From the NCBI GenBank assembly GCA_965225855.1, contig CBDDCK010000004.1, positions 32,001 to 96,000 of the forward strand: 64,000 nucleotides of DNA, written 5' to 3'. Shown one piece after another: positions 9,660 to 19,166 of the stretch. A program made the translations under genes and the position numbers. Origin of the DNA: Spirochaetia bacterium. GTDB taxonomy: Bacteria > Spirochaetota > Spirochaetia > SP-2023. The notes under the pieces were generated by a model that saw nothing but the letters and a program-made list of their open reading frames with translations, made no database searches and was not told where the DNA came from. Positions within the stretch are counted from its first letter, which is position 1. Each line of letters opens with the position of its first letter.

Positions 9660-9740
9660 TTAGTAATTCTTGGATATATTCTAACCCAATTATTATTTAT
9701 TTTCTATTTAGAAATATCGAATAATTGGGTTGCTGGTATT
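9659..9740 (+). repeat. Direct repeat R, copy 2 (hairpin between mcrB and mcrC)
   Basis: AACCCAATTATT...AATAATTGGGTT 12-bp arms at 9683-9731. Confidence 0.8.
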
Positions 9741-9811
9741 GGTTTTTTAGATACTTAGTATCTAGTTTTGGTTTTGATTTTATTGTATAAATTGTATTTG
9801 GGAAATATACT

Positions 9812-11200
9812 ATGCCATTGATAACAAACAAAGACAATTCACAAAAATTTATTGAAGACATAGAACAATCGAAAGATTTTCTTGAAAAATTTAATAATAA
9901 AACTCTGGATAATATTAGGAATGAGCATAAAGATTTAATTATTTGTGATGCAAAAGATTTTAGTAGTAATTCCCAAAAAGCTAGTGAAAAGGGCAATAGC
10001 CAAAAGATTTGGAACTTAAAAGATAATACTCTCCAGACCCATAATATAGTGGGTATAGTCGGAGATGGCCAAACCACAGTGCAGATCAATTCTCGTTTTG
10101 ATACAGAAACATCATTCAATTTTCTTCATTATATGTTGGCTAAGGTATTCCAGCCCAATATATTGGACTCAAAATTACCGTATGGCCACTCTAGTATATT
10201 CGATCTATTGCCGTATTTATTACCTGCTAAATACCAGCAAGCCTATAGTCGGCAGGGTTTATATAGAGAATATCGCACTTTGGAATATAATGATACCAAA
10301 CCGCAGGGGGCTTTGGATATAGCCCGCCATATCAAACAGAATATGCCGTTTGGCGCTAGTATCTGCTATAGAAAAAGAAGCCGTGAATATGATAACCCGA
10401 TAACTCGGCTTTTACAGTGTAGTTTTGCCTATGTAAAAACAACATACCCGGGGCTTGATTTTAGCAATAGCCGTACTCTAAATAATCTACCATTGCGAGA
10501 GGCTATTACCGAATTGCAACGCCATATACCGTATATTAGCCCTTCCGATATTGATAGGCAAATCCCCAAAATATTACAGGCTACGGCTAAATCTATACGC
10601 TCTCCGTATTTTAGTATCTATGAACCGCTTCGCCAACTATGTAGAGCCATACTGCAACAACAGAAAATCCAGCCTCAAAACCCAAAACAAGCAGGGCCAA
10701 TACACGGTATTTTGTTTGACGCAGCTTGGCTTTGGGAAGAATATCTAACTACATTGATGCCCCAAAATACCAAACATGCTTACGCGCGAATTAAAGATGG
10801 CATAAAGATTTTTAGCGAAGGTGGAAGTGGTTGTATCTATCCCGATTTTTATGATCAAGATAATCATATAGTGCTAGATGCCAAATATAAAAGGCTAGAT
10901 AACCATACCATAGGTCGGGAAGACCGTTACCAGATGATTAGTTATCTATATATCTTAAAGGCCAATCAAGCCATATTACTATACCCCAGCCAAACAGAAG
11001 GGCAGCAAGAACCGAATAATTTTTATGGTAAACTCAATGGTTATGGGGGAACATTGCAAACTTACGGCTTAAAAATTCCCCAGTCGCAAGGCGATTCAAT
11101 GGACTTTAGGGAATTTAGCGAGCAAATGAAGCAGACGGAAAAACAATTTATAGAAGATTATCATACAATATGTGGAGACACACAGGCAAAAGTAAGCTAA
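9812..11200 (+). CDS. mcrC: McrC-family PD-(D/E)xK endonuclease subunit
   Basis: NIVGIV, INSRF, FLHYML, GLYREY, LFDAAWLWEEY, IYPDF...VLDAKYK, REDRYQMISY; directly after mcrB. Confidence 0.92.
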   Translation: MPLITNKDNSQKFIEDIEQSKDFLEKFNNKTLDNIRNEHKDLIICDAKDFSSNSQKASEKGNSQKIWNLKDNTLQTHNIVGIVGDGQTTVQINSRFDTETSFNFLHYMLAKVFQPNILDSKLPYGHSSIFDLLPYLLPAKYQQAYSRQGLYREYRTLEYNDTKPQGALDIARHIKQNMPFGASICYRKRSREYDNPITRLLQCSFAYVKTTYPGLDFSNSRTLNNLPLREAITELQRHIPYISPSDIDRQIPKILQATAKSIRSPYFSIYEPLRQLCRAILQQQKIQPQNPKQAGPIHGILFDAAWLWEEYLTTLMPQNTKHAYARIKDGIKIFSEGGSGCIYPDFYDQDNHIVLDAKYKRLDNHTIGREDRYQMISYLYILKANQAILLYPSQTEGQQEPNNFYGKLNGYGGTLQTYGLKIPQSQGDSMDFREFSEQMKQTEKQFIEDYHTICGDTQAKVS

Positions 11201-11211
11201 TATAGCCTACT

Positions 11212-11757
11212 ATGAATCCATACTTGAATAATGACCAAACTTGCCTAACCAAACCATTGGTGCAAGCCGTGCTAAAAAGCTTCCATATGAACCCCTATCA
11301 TAGTATTCATGGGATTTCTCACTGGATGCGGGTGCGGTATAACGGCCTTTTGGTGGCAGAATATAGCGCTGCCGACCCCAAAATTATCGAATTGTTCTCT
11401 TTGTTTCACGATTGTTGTCGTCAAAATGATGGTATAGACCCCGGGCATGGTAGGCGTGGTGGCTTGCTAGCTAAGGATTTTTTTGACCGTGGACAATTAG
11501 ATTGCAACGCCAAACAATTACAAATCATTATCGAGGCTTGCAATAATCATACTTCCGGTTATAACCATACCGACCCCAATATTGCTAGTTGTTGGGATGC
11601 CGACCGTTTAGATTTGCCTAGAGTGGGTATAGATATAGACCCTCAATACCTTTCTACCGACTTTGCAAAAAAGCAACCAGTAATCCTACAAGCTAGTATA
11701 CGCGCAAAAAATCAAGAAAATCATCTAGGCGATATACCGTATCTTTGGGACCAATAA
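11212..11757 (+). CDS. HD-domain phosphohydrolase
   Basis: HGISHWMRV, FHD, DPGHG, CWDADRLDL; starts 11 bp after mcrC. Confidence 0.85.
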   Translation: MNPYLNNDQTCLTKPLVQAVLKSFHMNPYHSIHGISHWMRVRYNGLLVAEYSAADPKIIELFSLFHDCCRQNDGIDPGHGRRGGLLAKDFFDRGQLDCNAKQLQIIIEACNNHTSGYNHTDPNIASCWDADRLDLPRVGIDIDPQYLSTDFAKKQPVILQASIRAKNQENHLGDIPYLWDQ

Positions 11758-11946
11758 TTGGATATAATTATTGGTATATCATAAACATCATGCTTAGATT
11801 ATATCGAAATAAATATCCTTAGATACTATCATTATAGTCTTGAATATAGATATTTTCTACTGAAAATATTATATTTTGCTACTTGATTCTATGATTATTT
11901 ACACCATAAATATAGTTATCGTATAACCAGGTATACGGGGTTTGGT

Positions 11947-12444
11947 ATGAACTATTGGCTAATGAAATCAGAACCGGCTGTATTTAGTATAGACGATTTA
12001 CAAATCAATACTGAAAAATATGCTAAAGAAATTTGGGACGGAGTACGGAATTACCAAGCCCGAAACTATCTAAAACAAATGCAACAACATGATTGGGCTT
12101 TTTTCTATCATTCTAATTGCAAGGTACCGGGTATCTATGGATTGATGAAGATTGTCGAGCAAAATATCGTAGACCCTAGCCAGTTTGACCCTCAAAGTAA
12201 GTATTTTGATCGGAAATCCAAGCCAGATAACCCACGCTGGCATACGGTATCGGTAGCTTTTTTACAAAAGTATTCGAGTCCGGTTACTTTAGAACAGCTA
12301 AAGCAACAATATCCTGAACAACAATATGGTAAGGATTTTGCACTCATAAAACGCGCAACTAGGCTTTCGGTAATGCCGGTGCCTAAAGAAATATTCAATG
12401 ATATTTGTCAAAGCATTATAGAAATATCCGAGCCATTATCATGA
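11947..12444 (+). CDS. EVE-domain protein (PUA superfamily, Thy28-like)
   Basis: MNYWLMKSEP, WDGVRNYQARNY, FFYHSNC, DPSQFDP, RLSVMPV. Confidence 0.93.
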   Translation: MNYWLMKSEPAVFSIDDLQINTEKYAKEIWDGVRNYQARNYLKQMQQHDWAFFYHSNCKVPGIYGLMKIVEQNIVDPSQFDPQSKYFDRKSKPDNPRWHTVSVAFLQKYSSPVTLEQLKQQYPEQQYGKDFALIKRATRLSVMPVPKEIFNDICQSIIEISEPLS

Positions 12445-13428
12445 TATTGATAGAATATGTATGATGATATTGATCTGTATTTCGCTTTACTTATTTCAGT
12501 CTGATTATGGTAATCAAAGATTCTATATAGTAGTTTATTCTCATCATCATTACCAACAATAAGCTGTTCTATAGAATTGATATAATTACCATAGCAAATT
12601 GCTATAGTCCGATCAATATAGCATAGCTATTATATGATGATAATATATATAATCTAAACTAAAATTATAGACATCAATATTTATAGAACAAATTGGAACA
12701 TTTATTGTATCATTCACGGTACTATAAAGGTACAAATAGCTATAAACTATCTAAGTTTTCCATAAAAACTATGGATATTGTAGTTTATATCTTCCATATT
12801 ACCATTCTACTAATATGATAATTATACTTATAAAAATACATAATATCAATATACTGCAAATATTGCGATAGAAAGGATTATAGATAATAAAACATATATA
12901 AAATATATTTTGCTATATTATTATATTTAATAAATATAACTTTATCTATATATTTACATAATATATGAAATATATAGATAAATTCTGTTTGTATCAATAT
13001 ATTTTAGTAATATCTATAATGAAAGAATCTAATTTATATAGAGCCTTTCATGAATGTTAATTCTATTGCCAAGGTAGAACTATATATTGTATTGTCGAAT
13101 ATAAAAGACTAAAATTGTTAATTACTTTCTTCAAGAGGAATCTTAATAACATCAAAACCCTAACTCTATAATATGGAGATATAAAAATTTTTTCTTTAGC
13201 ACTTCTATCTATGTTTTTCAGGAAAGTATGAATTGAGTTAAAGTTATTATATGTTGTTTGTAAGTAACTTTAGCCAAATATTTTTAGAATAATAAAGCAT
13301 TGTTGGCGGATTGTTTGGGATAGAAATTTGTTTTTATGGTAACAAAGATAACTATGCTAGATAGCCCTTGCTTATTATAAGCAAATTCGCTATCTTTATC
13401 ACCATTGTTCGATATTTTAGGAGCTACT

Positions 13429-14040
13429 ATGCCAAAATCAGAAAAAAAAGACCACGACAAAGCCTTCCAAAACAATGAAGATAGCCTATTGGCTGTACTT
13501 TTGAAAGGACGCAATATTTTATTGACAGGGGAAGTCAACAAAGAAATGACCGATCGGGTATGTAAACAATTGTTGTTGCTAAATCAAGAATCAGCAACCC
13601 AGCCCATTAAAATTTACATAGACTCACCTGGGGGTGATGCAGATGCGGGTTACGCTATTTTTGATATGATCCGCTTTATTGATGCTCCGGTTTATACTAT
13701 TGGTTTAGGCTTAGTTGCCAGTGCCGGGGCTTTGATTTTAATAGCTCCGGCTAAAGAACAACGTATTTCCATGCCCAATTCTCACTATATGATACACCAA
13801 CCACTTAGTGGTATTCGGGGTGTAGCATCAACTATTGAGATTCATGCAAAGGAAGTAGAGAAGCTGCGGGAGCGTATTAACAACCATATAGCAGAAGCTA
13901 CCGGACAACCAATACAGCAAGTAGCAAAAGATACAGACCGTGATTACTGGTTGAGTGCTGAAGAGGCTCTTGCCTATGGTTTAGTGTGTAAGGTTGTAAA
14001 CAATATGCAGGAGCTGCAAGAACATTTAGGCCAAACTTAG
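13429..14040 (+). CDS. clpP: ATP-dependent Clp protease proteolytic subunit
   Basis: IDSPGG, GLVASAG (Ser), MIHQP (His), TDRDYWLSAEEALAYGL; ATG 13429 with AGGAG RBS. Confidence 0.93.
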   Translation: MPKSEKKDHDKAFQNNEDSLLAVLLKGRNILLTGEVNKEMTDRVCKQLLLLNQESATQPIKIYIDSPGGDADAGYAIFDMIRFIDAPVYTIGLGLVASAGALILIAPAKEQRISMPNSHYMIHQPLSGIRGVASTIEIHAKEVEKLRERINNHIAEATGQPIQQVAKDTDRDYWLSAEEALAYGLVCKVVNNMQELQEHLGQT

Positions 14041-14070
14041 GGAATATCAAATATAATAGTAGAGGTTTTT

Positions 14071-14391
14071 ATGAAATTGCGTTCCTATGAATATTGTGCC
14101 TGTATAGGGTTTTCAAACAATAAGGCCATAGTAAACAAAGCCGCAGCCCGCCAATATAAAAGTTATGACGTGGCAAAGTTTTTACAAAAAGGTTTGTTTA
14201 AGCAAGCTTTTAGTCTGGCCTATTTTCATGATAGCCAAGAACAAATGGAACAAGTCCTCAAAGAATTACAATCTAAGTTTCAAGAAGTGGGTTTACCCGA
14301 TCGCAATATTCCTAACAGTGTGGTTGATTTAGTTAAATTATTTGGTAATATTCCTGCAACCCAGAATTTAAATGGTATTTTGTATGTCTAG
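14071..14391 (+). CDS. Hypothetical protein
   Basis: 106-aa ORF with GAGG RBS, co-oriented after clpP. Confidence 0.65.
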   Translation: MKLRSYEYCACIGFSNNKAIVNKAAARQYKSYDVAKFLQKGLFKQAFSLAYFHDSQEQMEQVLKELQSKFQEVGLPDRNIPNSVVDLVKLFGNIPATQNLNGILYV

Positions 14392-14397
14392 CTTTCT

Positions 14398-15168
14398 ATG
14401 GCAGAAGAATTCCCTATTCCTCTAATTATTTATCGAGTTTGTCCTGAAGAGGCTTATCAATTAGGGATATTGAGCCAGACAATAACCGATATTAGTGACT
14501 TGAGCCGCTATCAATCTATGTCTATGAAAACCATAGAAGTACCTATTCTAAAGCCAATTGCGGCTTTGAGTAATACAAAGGGGATAGCACGAAGTAAAGA
14601 AGACGGTTGCCTTTGGTTACTACATCCACAGTGTAGGGAATTGCGCCCCTATCGTGGAAATCCGCCTTTATTAGCTTTGGAAGATTGTTATGGTTTTTGC
14701 GAAGCCTATTTGCCCCACACAAGTTCTGCCGTACCCCATGAATGGGATAATGAACATAGCCAAGCTAAGTTGCCATTAAAGGAAGCTGCGCAATCTATAT
14801 TCGCATTGAGCGAACCCCGTTTGTTGGACAATGGAAAAAAGCAAAACTTACTTGATATATTGTTCAATCAGTTTTGCCATTGGAAAGCTCAAGGGAAGAG
14901 TTTATCGTATTCCAAACCCCATAATATTTCGGTTGTTGTTCCTGAAAAAGAAATGGCAAAGCTGCCACTAGAAGGTAGGGGTTTTGTTTGGTTAGAGACA
15001 GCGATTACTTCTTTAATATCTTTGGCTAAATTACAAAAGCAAAACAAACAAGAAATTAGATATTCTGAAGTTACGGAATACTTTGCCCAGGGTTTGTGGT
15101 CTTTATTAGCAGCTTTGGTAACTTCATATTTCCAGCCAGAAATTGTATTGGAAAAACTTTCGGCTTGA
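14398..15168 (+). CDS. Hypothetical protein
   Basis: 256-aa ORF, 6 bp after the previous stop. Confidence 0.65.
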   Translation: MAEEFPIPLIIYRVCPEEAYQLGILSQTITDISDLSRYQSMSMKTIEVPILKPIAALSNTKGIARSKEDGCLWLLHPQCRELRPYRGNPPLLALEDCYGFCEAYLPHTSSAVPHEWDNEHSQAKLPLKEAAQSIFALSEPRLLDNGKKQNLLDILFNQFCHWKAQGKSLSYSKPHNISVVVPEKEMAKLPLEGRGFVWLETAITSLISLAKLQKQNKQEIRYSEVTEYFAQGLWSLLAALVTSYFQPEIVLEKLSA

Positions 15169-15174
15169 TTTGAT

Positions 15175-15423
15175 TTGGAACAAAACAATCAAAAAAAGGG
15201 AGAGGAAAATTTAAATTTTCCAGATGATATTACTATTAGAGGACAAACTAACTTAAAAAATACAGCTCATCAAGAATTATGTCATCAACCACTTATAATT
15301 AACAGAAGCGAACAACAACAAGTAATTGAAAATTCTAGTGATAGCCACAATAAGGGTTGGGATTTGGAATTAAAAGCTTGGCGTTCTCATTTATACGGCC
15401 AGCAAAATTTAATAGCGTTCTAG
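15175..15423 (+). CDS. Hypothetical protein
   Basis: 82-aa TTG-start ORF in operon-like spacing. Confidence 0.35.
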   Translation: MEQNNQKKGEENLNFPDDITIRGQTNLKNTAHQELCHQPLIINRSEQQQVIENSSDSHNKGWDLELKAWRSHLYGQQNLIAF

Positions 15424-15545
15424 CATATCTTCGATTTTCTTGAATAAAGTATTTTATTTACAGAGTTCTTGCCATTGATGGCAATTCATGATAGAAGAAC
15501 AGTTTGATTTTTTTTGTTATTTGCATACAAAGTGGGGAGGGCTTA

Positions 15546-16759
15546 ATGCAGATCATAGCCATTGCCAGTGGAAAAGGCAAAATGGGGTGTACTATGCTTA
15601 CTGCTAACTTAGCAGTTACTTTGGGGCATTATGGTAAGCGGGTTCTTGTAGTAGACCTTAGCCCAAGTAATTATGATTTGCATACTATCTTGGGGCTAAC
15701 CGATTATCGCCAAGGTTTAGCAACGTATGTAGAGAATTTGAATTTAAATTTGGCAGCCAAATTACAACACATAACCTACCAAACTTATTATGAAAACCTT
15801 TTCTTGATACCAGCGGGTCCAGGCAATTATGATATTGCTAATGTTGCACCAGAAATCAAACAGTATTTGCTCTATGATTTAAAGCAGCAAGATTATGATT
15901 GCATGTTGCTTGATTTAGGCCCCAGAAGAGTAGTAGTTACCATATGATGGATTTTTTTTTATTATCGGGCTGTGGTATTGTGGTTATTGAGCCGGCAGCA
16001 ATTTTAAATGCCTATCTTTTTTTGAAAAATAGTATATTTCGCATTATGGCTTCCAGTTTTGGCGAAAACAGCACAGTATACCATTATTTGAAGGAACTTA
16101 AAAAAGATGGTATTTCATTACAAAAAATATATTTAGCAAAACTTTTAGAGCAGGCTAGGCAAATTGATTATCCGTCTTATCAAGAGCTGGAAGCCAAAAT
16201 GAAATTATTTCAGCCCCAAATCGTACTCAATATACTGCGGCAGTCCAGTGATATGCAGCGTGCAGATAAATTTTGCCATTCTTGCCACCAATATTTAAGG
16301 GTTAATTTAGAGCATTTGGGGGTTATTTATTATGATGAAGTGCAAATGCAAGCTACGAAAGCGCAGCTTCCTGTGGTGGTCTACCAACCCCAAGCTATTA
16401 TGTCCCAAGCTATTTATTGTTTAGCAGATAAAATTCTAGCTATGGAGCATTCTCATAATTTATCACCGCTATATGATGTGAGTGGGGCAGATTTTGCAAT
16501 GGAGGGAGTGTTTGCGGATTCTTCAAGAAATTCAGATACTTTGAGGGTCGAGGTTGGCAATAATGACCAAAATGCTCAAATGCTTTATCAGAGTACTAGC
16601 CCTCAATCAAATATTTACAACAGTAGGGGCTTGCTGGAGAATATTCAATATCAACAATTGAATATTCAGCAACTAAAGTTGGAAAACCAGTATTTGAAAA
16701 AAAAGCTTTTGGATAATATGGCCAAGCAAAAAGAGGCATTATGGTCAAAGAGCGGATGA
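15546..16759 (+). pseudogene. MinD/ParA (FlhG-like) P-loop NTPase split by a frameshift near 15920, with a degenerate Walker A
   Basis: MQIIAIASGKGKMGCT...VLVVDL...LDLG in one frame continues as SSSYHMMDFFLLS...LNAYLFLKN in the -1 frame. Confidence 0.7.
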
Positions 16760-19095
16760 GTTTGATGGAAGTAGTTAGTGCGCTGGAAAAACAGCAGATT
16801 GTGCTACCACTTTTTCAACGGCCTTTCATTTGGTCTGAAGAGCAAGTTTGCGATCTATTTGACTCTTTGTGGCAAGGCTATCCTATTGGTGAAATATTGT
16901 TGTTGGAGCAAATCCCCCCAGATTTAAAGCAACGGCTACAGTGTTCGCCATTTAGTTCCCAAGCGGGTAGCCAATTTTTAAAAGAAATTGTGCAGCAAAG
17001 GCGCAGTGAAGCGCGCATTTTTGAAGAAGTCAAGCAGGCTAGCCATTTGGTGTTGGATGGCCAGCAAAGGCTCTTTGCCTTTTATATAGGAGTTACGGGA
17101 AGATATTTGCGTCCGGCAATGCCCAGTTCATATGAAAGTGCAAAATTATATTTTGATCTATATCCTTTAGTAAAATTGTTTTTTGAAAGTGATGGAGATA
17201 TAGATAATTTGCGCACAGCACATCATCAGTTTCGCTTTTACAGTGAGGCCCAACTTGTGCGTTACAGTCAAGATATCCAGCAGGAATTCCTTGTTGATCA
17301 AGTAAAAAATTTGGACTTAGCTTCGTTCCCGTTGCTTTCGCTCGATTTGCTGCAAAATTGGGGGCGAGATAGGCGTACGGCAAAATCAGAAATTCGGCGT
17401 TTCCTGAAACCTTTATCCAGTTTGCCAAAAATTTTGGTCGATGAATTTGAGGATATGTTGGACAATTTGCATAATTATTTATGGGTAGATAAAGCCATTA
17501 AAAATACCACGGTGAGCCCTGCTAGTAGTTATGATTTGCTGGAAATTTTTAGCCGTTTAAATCAAGGAGCTAGTTTTCAAGCTAGTGACTTGCATTATGC
17601 TGTAACGATTATTTTTCCGGAAAATTCTAGCAGGGCGGGGCATTCAAACCATTATTTTAGCTATTATCTTGAAAAACAGCAAGAAAGTGATACGCTGCCA
17701 GAGTCTGCAGCAAATTTAGAAAACCTTTCAGATAGTTCTTTGCATAATTTTTTGGAGACAAGTTCTGAATTAGCCGCAAAGCCATTGCTAAAGCATCAGC
17801 ATTTGACTACTGAAGAATTGGCAGAATTTTCTGCACAAGAATGGCGTTCGGAAATTTTTCATGAATTGAACCCAGAAAAAAATAATCAAGCAGCTATGAA
17901 GGGAACAGCAGGGGGAGATTTTGAAGAAAATTATGAACGATTGTTAGAAGCCGCTGATGACTTGAAAATTAGTTTGGATTTTTTATATCATTGTTATTTG
18001 TTTTGTGAAGCCGAGGAGCCCGAAAAAATATCGGAGAATATTCGTAAAAGGGAAGGTGCCCTAGCTCTGCGCAACAATGGCAACCATCTGCTACATTTTG
18101 CTGAAGTCCTTGATGATTTGCGCGATGCAGTGGACTCTTGCAATTTTATTGTGAGGCATTGGTTTAGCGATTCTTTGCGCACTGAATATGTGTTGTTACC
18201 CGTTATTTATTATTTGTATAAACAACTAAACCAGTATCTCGACCCTCTCAACGATTTAGAGAATGTCGATCTTTCTCGCATTGTGCGCTGGATAGCGCTA
18301 AACGAAGTGGCGCCCTCGATATTTCGCGGGGGAATGCAACAGCTTGCTGCTCTTTGGCCACTTTTGCATCGCTGCATGCAAAATGCCATGAATCGCGCAA
18401 AAGATGAGCCTGAAAGCAAGAATTATTTTCCCTTGCAACAGTTGCAACAAGATTTGCAGTTGGGGTTTCAGCCTGAAAGTTCCCGTTCGGTGGCAAACGG
18501 CAAAGTAAATGAAGCCATCAAGGAAGAATTGCGTAGCTTAGCCTTACATGATAAAGATATTGATCAATTGTTAGACCATACCAAAATCAAACACCGTGCC
18601 TGTGTACCTTTGATGGCGTTGTTGTATTCCCACCCGCAACGAATTTCGTTGATGCAGCGTTATGAAGAGCGGCAAATTGATTTTATCCAACCACATAAAT
18701 TGCTTAGCAAGCGTATGTTAAAAACCTATGGTTTGACGGAAGCACAAGTCGAGTTATTTTTTTCTTTTCGTGAAAGTATACTTAATTTACAGTGGGTGCC
18801 CAAGCGTTTGCAAACGGAAAAAGGTGATATTCCGTTTCAGCAGTGGCTGAGCAATAGCCAACAATTACAATTACTGGGGGAACAAAATCAATTCCAAAAA
18901 AAGCAATTGTTGATCAATTTTATGCGATTTCATCATATCAAAACTGAAGATGGCATTTATACTTTAAACGCTTTTGAGCGTTTTTTGGCAGAACGCAAAC
19001 AATTGCTGCGTAAATCTTTAAAACGATACAGCCAAGATTTTGGCGATTGGGATTTACAGCTTAAATTGACGAAAATAGCCTATGCTGCTTTTTAG
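16741..19095 (+). CDS. DUF262 (GmrS/ParB-Srx fold) domain protein with degenerate DUF1524-like C-terminus
   Basis: LPLFQRPFIW, LFDSLWQGYPIG, VLDGQQRL, IFSRLN; C-terminal IDFIQP...ILNLQWV...EKGD. Confidence 0.8.
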   Translation: MVKERMSLMEVVSALEKQQIVLPLFQRPFIWSEEQVCDLFDSLWQGYPIGEILLLEQIPPDLKQRLQCSPFSSQAGSQFLKEIVQQRRSEARIFEEVKQASHLVLDGQQRLFAFYIGVTGRYLRPAMPSSYESAKLYFDLYPLVKLFFESDGDIDNLRTAHHQFRFYSEAQLVRYSQDIQQEFLVDQVKNLDLASFPLLSLDLLQNWGRDRRTAKSEIRRFLKPLSSLPKILVDEFEDMLDNLHNYLWVDKAIKNTTVSPASSYDLLEIFSRLNQGASFQASDLHYAVTIIFPENSSRAGHSNHYFSYYLEKQQESDTLPESAANLENLSDSSLHNFLETSSELAAKPLLKHQHLTTEELAEFSAQEWRSEIFHELNPEKNNQAAMKGTAGGDFEENYERLLEAADDLKISLDFLYHCYLFCEAEEPEKISENIRKREGALALRNNGNHLLHFAEVLDDLRDAVDSCNFIVRHWFSDSLRTEYVLLPVIYYLYKQLNQYLDPLNDLENVDLSRIVRWIALNEVAPSIFRGGMQQLAALWPLLHRCMQNAMNRAKDEPESKNYFPLQQLQQDLQLGFQPESSRSVANGKVNEAIKEELRSLALHDKDIDQLLDHTKIKHRACVPLMALLYSHPQRISLMQRYEERQIDFIQPHKLLSKRMLKTYGLTEAQVELFFSFRESILNLQWVPKRLQTEKGDIPFQQWLSNSQQLQLLGEQNQFQKKQLLINFMRFHHIKTEDGIYTLNAFERFLAERKQLLRKSLKRYSQDFGDWDLQLKLTKIAYAAF

Positions 19096-19166
19096 CTTTC
19101 TGAAAAATGGAATAAAGATTTTTCAGATGATTTGTATTTTTTGATAATGTGGGAAAGTATTGGATT

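Noticed and set aside
9697..10119. This and the many other short antisense or nested ORFs in the track
   Set aside because: They are shadows of well-supported genes and have no motifs or RBS.
4787..12444. Assignment to the CoCoNuT class of McrBC systems
   Set aside because: No long coiled-coil protein or helicase, and HEPN is not fused; only the component families overlap.
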